IMG/VR virus record: IMGVR_UViG_3300048898_000081
Coordinates: 1-60,666 of that record
Strand: one strand, 5' to 3'
Source: a virus
Lineage: Duplodnaviria; Caudoviricetes
Length of the DNA stretch: 60,666 bases
Position 1 is the first letter of the stretch. Each line of letters starts with the position of its first letter. This document shows, in pieces, positions 38,650 to 47,376 of the stretch. A program made the translations under genes and the position numbers. The notes under the pieces were generated by a model. The model ran no database searches. It had not been told where the DNA came from and saw nothing but the letters and a program-made list of their open reading frames with translations.

Positions 38650-38877
38650 ATGACCCGACGCATGTTATTGGCGATGCTTCCGGCTATCGCACTGTTGCCG
38701 AAACTGGTAAAAGGACAGGCCAAGAGCCAGGTCTTAATGCCCCCTGAAACTTTCAAATATGAAATTAGTGCGGGCGACGTTCGTTTCTCATGGGATGCAG
38801 CGAAAGAAATAGCGGTTCCGGCCAGAAAACCGGTCCCACAACGACTGCCGCCGACAAAACCACAGGTTCCAAAATAG
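38650..38877 (+). CDS. small protein with twin-arginine-like signal
   Basis: MTRRMLL + hydrophobic stretch. Confidence 0.5.
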   Translation: MTRRMLLAMLPAIALLPKLVKGQAKSQVLMPPETFKYEISAGDVRFSWDAAKEIAVPARKPVPQRLPPTKPQVPK

Positions 38878-38878
38878 A

Positions 38879-41119
38879 ATGGCATTCGATGATCAGGCGA
38901 GAGACGCGCAATTGCGAAAACTGACGCAATTGACAAGTTCGCTCGACAACCAGTTAAACGGGACGGGCGGCGTCTTTTCGAAGCTCGCGAATCAAAGCGT
39001 CCAGATCGGCTCACTGCTGACCACGCGGGCCACGACGCCCGCCGCTCCGGTAGGGAATTTGCTTTACAACGGCGAAATGGGCCACAGCGTTAACTCGTGG
39101 TTCGATTCTGCTTACGTTGTCGCGGATAAAGCCTACGAATGTGCTTTCTTTTACTCCAACGGAACGCCGGCACTCTCTCAGGATTTTACGACCATCAGCG
39201 TAGCGAACCAGATCCCGCTCCCAGGGCACGATTTTACAACCGGAACGGCCGTTAAATTTTCAACGACGGTCACGCTTCCGACAACTCTCAACACAACGGA
39301 CATCTACTATGTCATCGTCATTAGCTCGAGCGTCATAAGCGTCAGTGCGACCGTGGCCGGAGCGTTCGCAGGCACGGCCGTGACCATCAATACCGGCACC
39401 GGCTCAGGAACTCATACTATTTCGCCATATTTAGACCCCACGGACGGACGGACGAGCTCGACCAACCAGACCCTTAAAAGTACATCACACTCGACCTACA
39501 ATCCGCATTTCTCGAAATGGATAAGAGAGAACGGCGAAGGTGCGTTAACGGGCACCACGACGATAGACGCCCTGACTCCGACCAACTTTATCGATGCAAC
39601 CGTGGCACTCGCCCGTGTTTCGATGATATGCGCGAGAAGCAGTCCATTTATCGAGATACCGACAGCCGCTCTTTTCGCCTGCGGGATCTGGGACGACACG
39701 CCTGGTCAAACGAAGTTCATTGAGGGTGACATCGGGTTCTTTGCGGCGCTCGACGGGGCGACCGGCGGCACAACGCGAAAGTTCAGGGCCCTCCTGACGT
39801 CCGACCGCGGCTATCAGCTTCTTTCGAGTGAGATCACGATCGCCAACGCCCCTCCGGACGGCGGCATCAATCCTCCGAATGCGATCAGTATGGGGTGGCG
39901 GCCGCAGTCGGGCCAGCTTCAGGTAGATATTTACGAGCACTACGACCCGGGCGGAGTTAACGAGTTCCGGCTGATCGGCCAAGTCTCGGCCGCTAACACT
40001 TTTATCTACGAAGGAAATGTTTTACAGGTCGTGTCGGCATATCCGACGCCCACAGGAACGACACGCTCAGGCACGTTCTTTACGCAGCCCGGAGACCTGA
40101 CGAACATGGCGATCAATGCCGTGTCCGCTCAATGGGACACCTGTAATTTTCCAATAGCGGTCCCGAATAATTACAACAAGGCGAACACGACTGGCAGGCA
40201 ATGGGTGCGGATATGGCTGACAGTCGCCCCGAACATGGTCATCACCGGATGTACGTCAAACGGGGCAAGTCCGAGCCACATCACGTCGCCCGAGGCTCTT
40301 TTTACCGCGGAGTACAGCACGCTTTACGCAGCGGGGAATCTGGTCATAGAGTTCTATGTCGGAGGCGTTCTGACGCACACGGATACGATCGCCTCTCGCG
40401 TCTCAGACACCGAATTGACCATTGCGGGAACGTTAGCCGCCGGCACTTACGACGTCCGCATCGTCGCGGGCGGCTTTCACGGCGTTTTTATCGACAAGAT
40501 ACATCTTGGGTTTCAGCAGAACACGGCCTATGCCCCGAACGCGAACGATAACCGCACGCTGCAACCGGTCGCGGCTCCTACGCATTCGGATCAGGGCGGA
40601 ACCGGCGACGGCGGAGACGGCGGCGGCATCGGCACTTGTATCGCAATGGGAACGCCCGTTAAGCTGCAAAACGGTGAATGGCACGCGGTCGAGACGCGGA
40701 ACCCCGGCGAGAAATGGTCAGACGGCGGCGTGAACGGGAACGTGCTTGTGAAGCTGAGGCAGGGCTTTGCACCGGTTCGGCGAGTGAGCAGTGCGAACGG
40801 CTGTTATATCCGATGCACCGATACTGAGCGATTTGTGACGGATGACGGCGATCTGTACGGTACGCCTTTAACCGCGTTGAGAGTAGGAGACACGGTGATG
40901 ACGGAAGTCGATGGCAAAAAAGAGCGGTCGCAGATTGTCGAGATCAGTCCGCATCTTGAGCGGACGCACGTCTACACGCCGAAATTGAGCAACAGCCACT
41001 ATTTCATCGCAGGCGAGCAGGCTCCATTTACGGGATGGCGGAAGATATTGGGCTTCCTATCGCGAAGAACGCGGCGCGGGTTTATCCTGCATAACCGCAA
41101 GAACGAGCCTCAGTTCTAA
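38879..41119 (+). CDS. tail/structural protein with C-terminal Hint (intein-like) domain
   Basis: GGGIGT-CIAMGTPV...LRVGD...VY...HYFIAG...ILHN. Confidence 0.82.
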   Translation: MAFDDQARDAQLRKLTQLTSSLDNQLNGTGGVFSKLANQSVQIGSLLTTRATTPAAPVGNLLYNGEMGHSVNSWFDSAYVVADKAYECAFFYSNGTPALSQDFTTISVANQIPLPGHDFTTGTAVKFSTTVTLPTTLNTTDIYYVIVISSSVISVSATVAGAFAGTAVTINTGTGSGTHTISPYLDPTDGRTSSTNQTLKSTSHSTYNPHFSKWIRENGEGALTGTTTIDALTPTNFIDATVALARVSMICARSSPFIEIPTAALFACGIWDDTPGQTKFIEGDIGFFAALDGATGGTTRKFRALLTSDRGYQLLSSEITIANAPPDGGINPPNAISMGWRPQSGQLQVDIYEHYDPGGVNEFRLIGQVSAANTFIYEGNVLQVVSAYPTPTGTTRSGTFFTQPGDLTNMAINAVSAQWDTCNFPIAVPNNYNKANTTGRQWVRIWLTVAPNMVITGCTSNGASPSHITSPEALFTAEYSTLYAAGNLVIEFYVGGVLTHTDTIASRVSDTELTIAGTLAAGTYDVRIVAGGFHGVFIDKIHLGFQQNTAYAPNANDNRTLQPVAAPTHSDQGGTGDGGDGGGIGTCIAMGTPVKLQNGEWHAVETRNPGEKWSDGGVNGNVLVKLRQGFAPVRRVSSANGCYIRCTDTERFVTDDGDLYGTPLTALRVGDTVMTEVDGKKERSQIVEISPHLERTHVYTPKLSNSHYFIAGEQAPFTGWRKILGFLSRRTRRGFILHNRKNEPQF

Positions 41120-41126
41120 TTTGTGC

Positions 41127-41155
41127 TTGAATTAACGAGAGGGATGTAATATTAT
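41127..41155 (+). promoter_or_regulatory. sigma70-like promoter
   Basis: TTGAAT-17-TATTAT with inverted repeat over the -10. Confidence 0.55.
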
Positions 41156-41200
41156 CCCCTCAACAAGAGCTTTGCGAAGCTCGAAAAGAAATTGGATTAG

Positions 41201-41242
41201 TCCGGTTTGAACAGAATTGTTTGAACCGGATTTTTTGTTTTT
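41201..41242 (+). terminator. intrinsic terminator
   Basis: TCCGGTTTGAACA-GAAT-TGTTTGAACCGGA-TTTTTTGTTTTT. Confidence 0.75.
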
Positions 41243-41255
41243 GGGGTAAAGAATT

Positions 41256-41825
41256 ATGGGAATGTCCAAGCAGGAGAAGGCACTTTATGCCCAACTAACT
41301 GCCGCCATTACGGCGATGCAGAACCCCAAGACGAATCCCGCACAGGACTATCTCACAACCCAAGCCCTCTCCGGTGCCGATTGGATCAATAAGGGGGAAT
41401 TCTCAAGCCTTCCGAAGGGCATGTTTTTCGATTTTCAAGCCCCAGCCCAGCAAATCGAACAATACAAGAAATATGCGGATGTAGGTCAAGGCGGAACTTT
41501 CGCCCTCGCGGACAATGCCGGACGCGGAGCGGCGACACAGAACCAATCCCAATATCTGAAAGATCGATTTGCCCGCGATGCCTCACAAAACTACCAGACC
41601 AACGTCGCGAACGCTGCGGGGAATATTCAGGGAGCTTTGGGACAGGCCGCAGGTGCGAAGACCGGGAACGATCAGGCGGTAATTGGAGCCCTCAATAGTC
41701 TTTTCAATTCCGACAAGCTAAAGAAAACCTCAATTTGGGGCAGTCTGCTTGGAACGATCGGGCAGATCGGAAGTTCGGCCCTCGGAGCAGCCGGAACCGC
41801 TGGCGGATTTGGAGCTTTGTTTTAA
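41256..41825 (+). CDS. putative ejection/pilot protein (P22 gp7-like)
   Basis: Q/A/N-rich helical protein with G/A-rich hydrophobic C-terminus. Confidence 0.6.
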   Translation: MGMSKQEKALYAQLTAAITAMQNPKTNPAQDYLTTQALSGADWINKGEFSSLPKGMFFDFQAPAQQIEQYKKYADVGQGGTFALADNAGRGAATQNQSQYLKDRFARDASQNYQTNVANAAGNIQGALGQAAGAKTGNDQAVIGALNSLFNSDKLKKTSIWGSLLGTIGQIGSSALGAAGTAGGFGALF

Positions 41826-41834
41826 GGAGAAATT

Positions 41835-42464
41835 ATGCGTGCGAGGCCAACAAGAATAGTCGTCATCACTGACGTACCGACAAATATCCGGAAGGCTCCT
41901 GCGTTCAAGAACGATCCTAATGCATATCCGGTCACTTACGCGACGCTGCGATATGCGGGAGGGGGCGACTCGATAGAGATGCTTGGCGGGAATCCGTTCG
42001 CAGTCGGTTCGCTGACGTTCGGGACAAATCCTGTGGCTACGGAGACGATCGCCGTGAATGGCGTGACCTTCACCTTCGTCGCTGGAGCCTCTACCGCTAC
42101 CAACGTTCATATCGGAGCAACGAAAGAAGAAACAGCCGCAGAGTTTGCCGCAGTGCTTGGACGATCGGCAAACGGCTCGATCACCGTCATGTCGTTTACG
42201 GTCAATCCATCTGCGCCCGCGGTGATCAACATAAGTGCCATCTTGCCGGGAACCGCCGGAAACGCATATACGCTCGCCAATAGTTCGGGAACGGTCGCAG
42301 TGACGCGATCGGGAGCGACATTGAGCGGCGGATTGGGATACGGAAGCGGTCAGACGGTAGATGCCGCTGCGGACTTCAACGACATCGATCAATCACTGAC
42401 GCGGTGGGCCGTCGCCTCGGGTGCCGGAGGGACCAATTTAAGAGTCACCGACTGGGAGGCCTGA
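41835..42464 (+). CDS. virion protein with shared ETIxVNGVTFTF domain
   Basis: Paralogous domain in the 30869 and 34216 genes. Confidence 0.7.
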   Translation: MRARPTRIVVITDVPTNIRKAPAFKNDPNAYPVTYATLRYAGGGDSIEMLGGNPFAVGSLTFGTNPVATETIAVNGVTFTFVAGASTATNVHIGATKEETAAEFAAVLGRSANGSITVMSFTVNPSAPAVINISAILPGTAGNAYTLANSSGTVAVTRSGATLSGGLGYGSGQTVDAAADFNDIDQSLTRWAVASGAGGTNLRVTDWEA

Positions 42465-42465
42465 T

Positions 42466-42930
42466 ATGGGAGCAATTTCAGCCAAGTTCGCGAACAACAG
42501 CCAAAGTGCCGACGGAACGCCGCCAGCAGGATCGGTCACTCTTGCAGAGATGGCGAACCTCGCCGCGTTCTCAGTGATCGGGAATCAAACGGCTTCGGCC
42601 GCTACTCCTGCAGCGGTGCCGATGGACGGGATACCGGGACTTGCTTCAACGCCGACCGCAGCCGGAACGACTGTCCTGACAAATCTCAGCAAGAAGTTTC
42701 AGGTGTTCACCGGATCCACAACCCAGACCGTTACGCTGCCCGTTGTTTCAACGCTTCCCGTACTTGGTTTTGGTTTCTGGATCGTAAATGAAAGCTCGGG
42801 AATTGTGACGGTGAACAGCTCGGGCGGAAATTTGGTGAAGTCGATGGCGGCCGGCAGTCGGATGCGAGTAGTTTGCAATGCCCTGACCGGGACCGGAGCC
42901 GCGGTCTGGACGATCATTTATACCACGTAG
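42466..42930 (+). CDS. fibre-like virion protein
   Basis: SVTLAEMANLA; FTGSTTQTVTLP...IVNESSG. Confidence 0.7.
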   Translation: MGAISAKFANNSQSADGTPPAGSVTLAEMANLAAFSVIGNQTASAATPAAVPMDGIPGLASTPTAAGTTVLTNLSKKFQVFTGSTTQTVTLPVVSTLPVLGFGFWIVNESSGIVTVNSSGGNLVKSMAAGSRMRVVCNALTGTGAAVWTIIYTT

Positions 42931-42939
42931 GAGAAATCT

Positions 42940-43602
42940 ATGTCTGATACTTTGCCATTTTCGCAACGAGACTACGTGCAGAGCGTGGTTTTGGCAACCG
43001 CCGCTCAATGGGCAGGAACGGGAAGCTACGTTTTGCCGCAATACGCAATGGGGCTCGAAACCGACACGTTCAAGGCGAAATTTGGCGACGGCTCGACGCC
43101 GTGGTCGGGTCTGTCCTACTGGAATCCTTCGGGCGGTTCAGGAACGGGCGACGTGGTTGGGCCTGCATCGGCGGTCGCTGGAAACGTCGCTCTGTTTAAC
43201 GGAGTAACGGGCAAACTTATTAAAGACGGACTCATGGCCCTTCCGGCATCGTCAGGGACATTGGGGTACCTGAACGTTCCTCAGAATGCTCAGACGGGCA
43301 ATTACACAGCCGTTCTCACCGATTCGGGCAAGGATATTTATCACGCTCTTGGAGCCGGAGCGGGAGATACCTACACCATTCCTGCCAATGCTTCAGTTGC
43401 GTATCCCGTAGGCACCATTATTTCATTCAGCAATGATGCCGTTGACAACCTAAGTCTGGTCATAACTTCTGACGTGATCAATTACATGAACGTGGGCCCT
43501 GTGACCACTGTCACCATTCCGCAATTCAACAAAGTCGTTGCGGAAAAGAAAACCTCTACTACATGGCTACTTAGCGGATCTGCCGGCGTAACTACGGCTT
43601 AA
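42940..43602 (+). CDS. tail fibre with Mtd_N/hyaluronidase-N-like anchor
   Basis: GLETDT..KFGDGSTPWSGLSY; GDVVGPASA; TIPANASVAYPVGT. Confidence 0.75.
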   Translation: MSDTLPFSQRDYVQSVVLATAAQWAGTGSYVLPQYAMGLETDTFKAKFGDGSTPWSGLSYWNPSGGSGTGDVVGPASAVAGNVALFNGVTGKLIKDGLMALPASSGTLGYLNVPQNAQTGNYTAVLTDSGKDIYHALGAGAGDTYTIPANASVAYPVGTIISFSNDAVDNLSLVITSDVINYMNVGPVTTVTIPQFNKVVAEKKTSTTWLLSGSAGVTTA

Positions 43603-43604
43603 AT

Positions 43605-44732
43605 ATGAGCGGAATATTGCAGGCATTATCAAGTTTAGGCGGCGCCGCTCCAACGGTCTTCGTGAATTTCGCGCGACCTGCTCACGGGGCGACGTTTACC
43701 TCCTCGGCTAATTTTAGTGCCGGCTTTTTACCGGGGAATGCCTTTAATGACTGGCGGAATGTTTACGGTCAATGGGGAAATCCTTCGGCGACAAACCCAG
43801 GCACTTCATGGGCTACAACGACTACCGGAGCGGATTGGATCGAGGTCGACTGCGGCGTACCGGTTAGCCCAACACTTATCAACGTTATCGGGATAAACGA
43901 TTCTTTTGACGGAACTACCGACCCCACTGTCAATGTAACGACAAATAGCTCGAACGCACTGATCGATTACAAAACGCAGTATTTCAACGGTTCCATTTGG
44001 GTCGATATCAACACGGTCACGGGGAATAATAAGATCTGGAAGCAGTTCACCGGAATTTCCGGGATCACGGCTCAAAGATACCGCGTACTGGTTTCTGCGA
44101 TCGGCGGCAGTGGCATAGTCGCCATTGTGTCATTCGAAGTATGGGGAAACTCGCCGCAAACCGGTCCGCAGATATTGCCGGTGGGGGATTCACTGACGGC
44201 AGGAACGGGTCTTTACACTGTGCCTTGGCCTCATGATTTCGGTGTCGACCTACCAGCGTGGACGGTCAGCGGAATTGGTTTATCCACCAGCGGGATCACG
44301 ATGAACAACATCAATAGTTCCGACTGGTGGAAAGTTCAGCCTCTTATCGACCAAAGAGCATCGAGAAGCGTTGCTCATGTCTGGGCTGGCATCAACGATC
44401 TGGGCGGAGGCCAGCCTGGTGCGACAGTATTCGGATTTCTCTCGTCATACATAGGCAAGATACGAGGAGAAACGGTTCCCATTCATGTCAGTCCTAGTGA
44501 AATATGGATAGCAACGATGTTGCCACAAGATTTCTATGCCATCCCTGTAGAGACGGCGGCCTATGATGGTCTCATAACTGCCAATTCTCTGGCGGCTGAC
44601 GTGATCGTTGATCTTCACACGCTTTCGACCATGCAAGACCCGACCGATGCCACGAAATTCCTTGCGGACGAGATCCATCCGACCAACCTTGGCGGCCAGT
44701 TGATAGCTAATTACATTGAAAGTCTGACGTAG
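43605..44732 (+). CDS. discoidin/F5-8-like + SGNH hydrolase
   Basis: DWIEVD...YRVLV...EVWG; VGDSLT, GIND, DEIHP. Confidence 0.78.
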   Translation: MSGILQALSSLGGAAPTVFVNFARPAHGATFTSSANFSAGFLPGNAFNDWRNVYGQWGNPSATNPGTSWATTTTGADWIEVDCGVPVSPTLINVIGINDSFDGTTDPTVNVTTNSSNALIDYKTQYFNGSIWVDINTVTGNNKIWKQFTGISGITAQRYRVLVSAIGGSGIVAIVSFEVWGNSPQTGPQILPVGDSLTAGTGLYTVPWPHDFGVDLPAWTVSGIGLSTSGITMNNINSSDWWKVQPLIDQRASRSVAHVWAGINDLGGGQPGATVFGFLSSYIGKIRGETVPIHVSPSEIWIATMLPQDFYAIPVETAAYDGLITANSLAADVIVDLHTLSTMQDPTDATKFLADEIHPTNLGGQLIANYIESLT

Positions 44733-44741
44733 GACGGAAAT

Positions 44742-44936
44742 ATGCCATACAAATCTGTGAAACAGGAACGCTATTTCAATGCGAACCGAGACAAAATGGA
44801 AGCCCAAGGCGTGAACGTCGATGAATTCAATCAGGCATCGAAGGGACTGAAGCTACCGGAATCGGCACCTCCCAAGCACGGCAAAAAGACCAAGGCTATT
44901 TTAGACGCGATGCACTCGCTGAAGGGGAAATTATGA
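44742..44936 (+). CDS. small basic phage protein (MPYKSxxQ type)
   Basis: MPYKSVKQERYF...KLPE. Confidence 0.7.
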   Translation: MPYKSVKQERYFNANRDKMEAQGVNVDEFNQASKGLKLPESAPPKHGKKTKAILDAMHSLKGKL

Positions 44937-45187
44937 AGTTAAACGCAGCAGCCAGAAAGAAAATATCGTCGAGTGATTTTGCATTGCCGGGACGTCGCTA
45001 CCCTATCGAGGACAAGTCCCACGGAATCGCGGCCAAGAGTAGAGCGGCACAGTTCGCAACGCCGTCTGAAAAGGCGACTATCGACCGAAAGGTAGATGCG
45101 AAATTCCATCTCGGCAAATCGGACAAACCGAAACGCGACAAGCACCATGCGGCGATCGTCAAGGCTCTCGGGAAAATGAAAAGCTAA
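44933..45187 (+). CDS. small basic phage protein (DFALPGRRYPIxDxxH type)
   Basis: Motif recognised. Confidence 0.72.
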   Translation: MKLNAAARKKISSSDFALPGRRYPIEDKSHGIAAKSRAAQFATPSEKATIDRKVDAKFHLGKSDKPKRDKHHAAIVKALGKMKS

Positions 45188-45318
45188 TGAACTGCCCGCA
45201 CGACTTCGAACAATTGTTTTGCGGGCCATTCCGGAGATGTCGACATTGCGGTCGAGTTAAATACAGCAGACCGAATCAGAACGCGAAGAAACTTTTGAAG
45301 AAATAAGGAGATAAACAA

Positions 45319-45798
45319 ATGGCAGTATTTGCAGGACAGGAATTAGGGGTCGCTCTGATCCGACAAACTCAGGCTCAGTGGAACGCGGCGACTTATACGC
45401 CTCAAAATCACGATATTTGCCTTTCAACCGACACAGGGGCCTTCAAGATCGGCGACGGTTCAACGGCTTATTCCGCTCTCCCCTTCGCGAACGGCGGTTC
45501 ATCCGAAAGCATTCTTGCGGCGGGAGCGTTGAGCACCACCATTCAGGCGAGCTTGCTTAACCTTGTCGGAGCCGGAGCGGTCACGCTAGCCGCACCCACG
45601 GCGGCACAGGTCGGCAAACTGAAGGTCATACAAATGATCACGGATAACGGCGATGTGACCTTGGCCTTGACCAACGTTGTGGGCCAGTCGTCAGGGACAA
45701 CGGCAACTTTCAACGATGCAGGTGATGCCCTGATTCTGATCTGTCTCGCCAATCTGAAATGGTGTGTCGTCAAGGAACTCGGCATTACACTGAGCTAG
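45319..45798 (+). CDS. Mtd_N-like anchor + beta tip virion protein
   Basis: STDTGAFKIGDGSTAYSALPF; TFNDAGDALILI...W. Confidence 0.72.
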   Translation: MAVFAGQELGVALIRQTQAQWNAATYTPQNHDICLSTDTGAFKIGDGSTAYSALPFANGGSSESILAAGALSTTIQASLLNLVGAGAVTLAAPTAAQVGKLKVIQMITDNGDVTLALTNVVGQSSGTTATFNDAGDALILICLANLKWCVVKELGITLS

Positions 45799-45820
45799 TC
45801 GGTAAATTGTTCCAACTTCT

Positions 45821-45851
45821 CACGTGTCAAACGTTTGTTACGTGGTATATT
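45821..45851 (+). promoter_or_regulatory. palindromic operator-like site + extended -10 upstream of ejection genes
   Basis: CACGTGTCAAAC|GTTTGTTACGTG, TGGTATATT. Confidence 0.45.
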
Positions 45852-45865
45852 TACTGCGGTAGGAA

Positions 45866-47371
45866 ATGCTTAACCAGAATTTGTTCAGTGCGTTATTTCC
45901 CTACCTCGGCCCTAAAAAGCCGAGTGCGGATGTTCTGTCTCAACCAGAGGAACAGCCGCAAGACGTTGCCGCCCCTGTTCTGTCTCCAAGTGGTCCGTCT
46001 TTCATCCCGCTGGCTCCGGGGTTCCAACCTCCGAGCCAGCCTGTCGCTGAACAGCCTGTATCTGTCTCCGATGACGCGCCGAGCAGCGACACCTCGAACA
46101 AACAGATATCGGGCCAGATCCCGATGGAGACGCAGGCGAGAACCGCATTGTCGATGGTTCCGGGTTCGACGCTGAGTGCGGATGCCGCGAAACCTCCGAC
46201 ATCGAAGGAACTGAAAGAGATAGAGAAAGAACGGAATCGTCCTGTTTTCACGCCGCCGAATCCGAATCCGACGACGGCAAGACAGCGTGCGGAAAATAGG
46301 CAGGCGGAGATCGAGTTCAACATTGCGAATCCGCAGAATCAGGATCACGGCATCAAGGGCTTTCTGAAAGAAGGCCTTGCGAATTTCTTCGAGGGTTTGA
46401 AATATGCTCAACCGGGAATGGGGTTGGGCCAGTCGCTTGCTCTTGGCGCAACCGGCGTCGGAGCAGGGGCGATAAGCCGTGGGTGGAATGAGAAGCGAGC
46501 GGCTGAAGCGGCATTGCCCGGAGCTATTCGTCAGACCGAGGCCGCACGGCAGGCGGAGAACGATCAGGCGAAGATCGCTAACGAGCAGAATGTGATAACG
46601 AATCGCAATCAGCAAACTCAACTCGACATCGCCAAAAACGACCGAGACAACCTGAGTTTCGCCCAGAAGCCATATCTTGATCAATGGGAAAAGCGAGTGT
46701 TGTTCGACCCTGAAAATAATGCCGATGACAAGGCGTTCCAAGCCGAGGCGTTAAAGAACGGGGTCCATCTGACCGCGAAGGTACCGAATGCCCACTACAC
46801 CGCCGTTGTCGCTCCGAATGGCAATGTCGTCGTCACAAACACCAACACCGGCGAATACAAGGTCGGCAACGAAAGTCTCGAGAAGCCAAAAGAGATCACG
46901 GAGAAAGACCTGAATCCCGCAGAATTTGGGCTAAAGACCGACAAGGAATTGCAGAACATGGCGGCCGCAAAGATCGCCCCGAGCATGAAAGACAGGCAGG
47001 TGCGGCCCGATGTATTGGCGGCACTCCCGGCGGAATACAAGAATCCTGACGGGTCGTTCAACGAACAGGCTTATTTGTCGGACGCGAATCTCGGCATCTC
47101 GAAACTAAATGCCGGAGATATCTACCAGAACTTGCCGGACGATTATAAACAGCGAGAGGCGAAAGAGATCGCTACGGCCCAGAAGTCCCAAGGCGGTCTG
47201 CAAAAACAATATTCCCGTTTCCTGTCGATCCTGAATCACCGGACGCCGAATCCGAACGCCGAGCCGATGTCACTCGATGACGTGAAGGAATATTTCAAGA
47301 AGGCTCTGGCAAGCACGCCCCAACAGCTCGAGGAGTTCTACAAAATAATCGCCCACGCGAACATCAAGTAA
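45866..47371 (+). CDS. putative internal virion/ejection protein
   Basis: P/Q-rich N-terminus, G/A-rich segment, coiled coil; precedes giant protein. Confidence 0.6.
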   Translation: MLNQNLFSALFPYLGPKKPSADVLSQPEEQPQDVAAPVLSPSGPSFIPLAPGFQPPSQPVAEQPVSVSDDAPSSDTSNKQISGQIPMETQARTALSMVPGSTLSADAAKPPTSKELKEIEKERNRPVFTPPNPNPTTARQRAENRQAEIEFNIANPQNQDHGIKGFLKEGLANFFEGLKYAQPGMGLGQSLALGATGVGAGAISRGWNEKRAAEAALPGAIRQTEAARQAENDQAKIANEQNVITNRNQQTQLDIAKNDRDNLSFAQKPYLDQWEKRVLFDPENNADDKAFQAEALKNGVHLTAKVPNAHYTAVVAPNGNVVVTNTNTGEYKVGNESLEKPKEITEKDLNPAEFGLKTDKELQNMAAAKIAPSMKDRQVRPDVLAALPAEYKNPDGSFNEQAYLSDANLGISKLNAGDIYQNLPDDYKQREAKEIATAQKSQGGLQKQYSRFLSILNHRTPNPNAEPMSLDDVKEYFKKALASTPQQLEEFYKIIAHANIK

Positions 47372-47376
47372 ATGAA

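Noticed and set aside
40637-41095. Canonical splicing intein
   Set aside because: +1 residue is Arg, the block-B His is absent and the C-extein is only 7 aa
42940-45798. Diversity-generating retroelement (Mtd_N-like domains present)
   Set aside because: No reverse transcriptase or TR/VR adenine-mismatch repeat pair seen in the window
45893-46741. 282-aa antisense ORF (also 18310-19020, 20386-21054, 28063-28719, 41730-42392)
   Set aside because: Shadow ORFs of real genes with no domain motifs or RBS, unlike the HNH case
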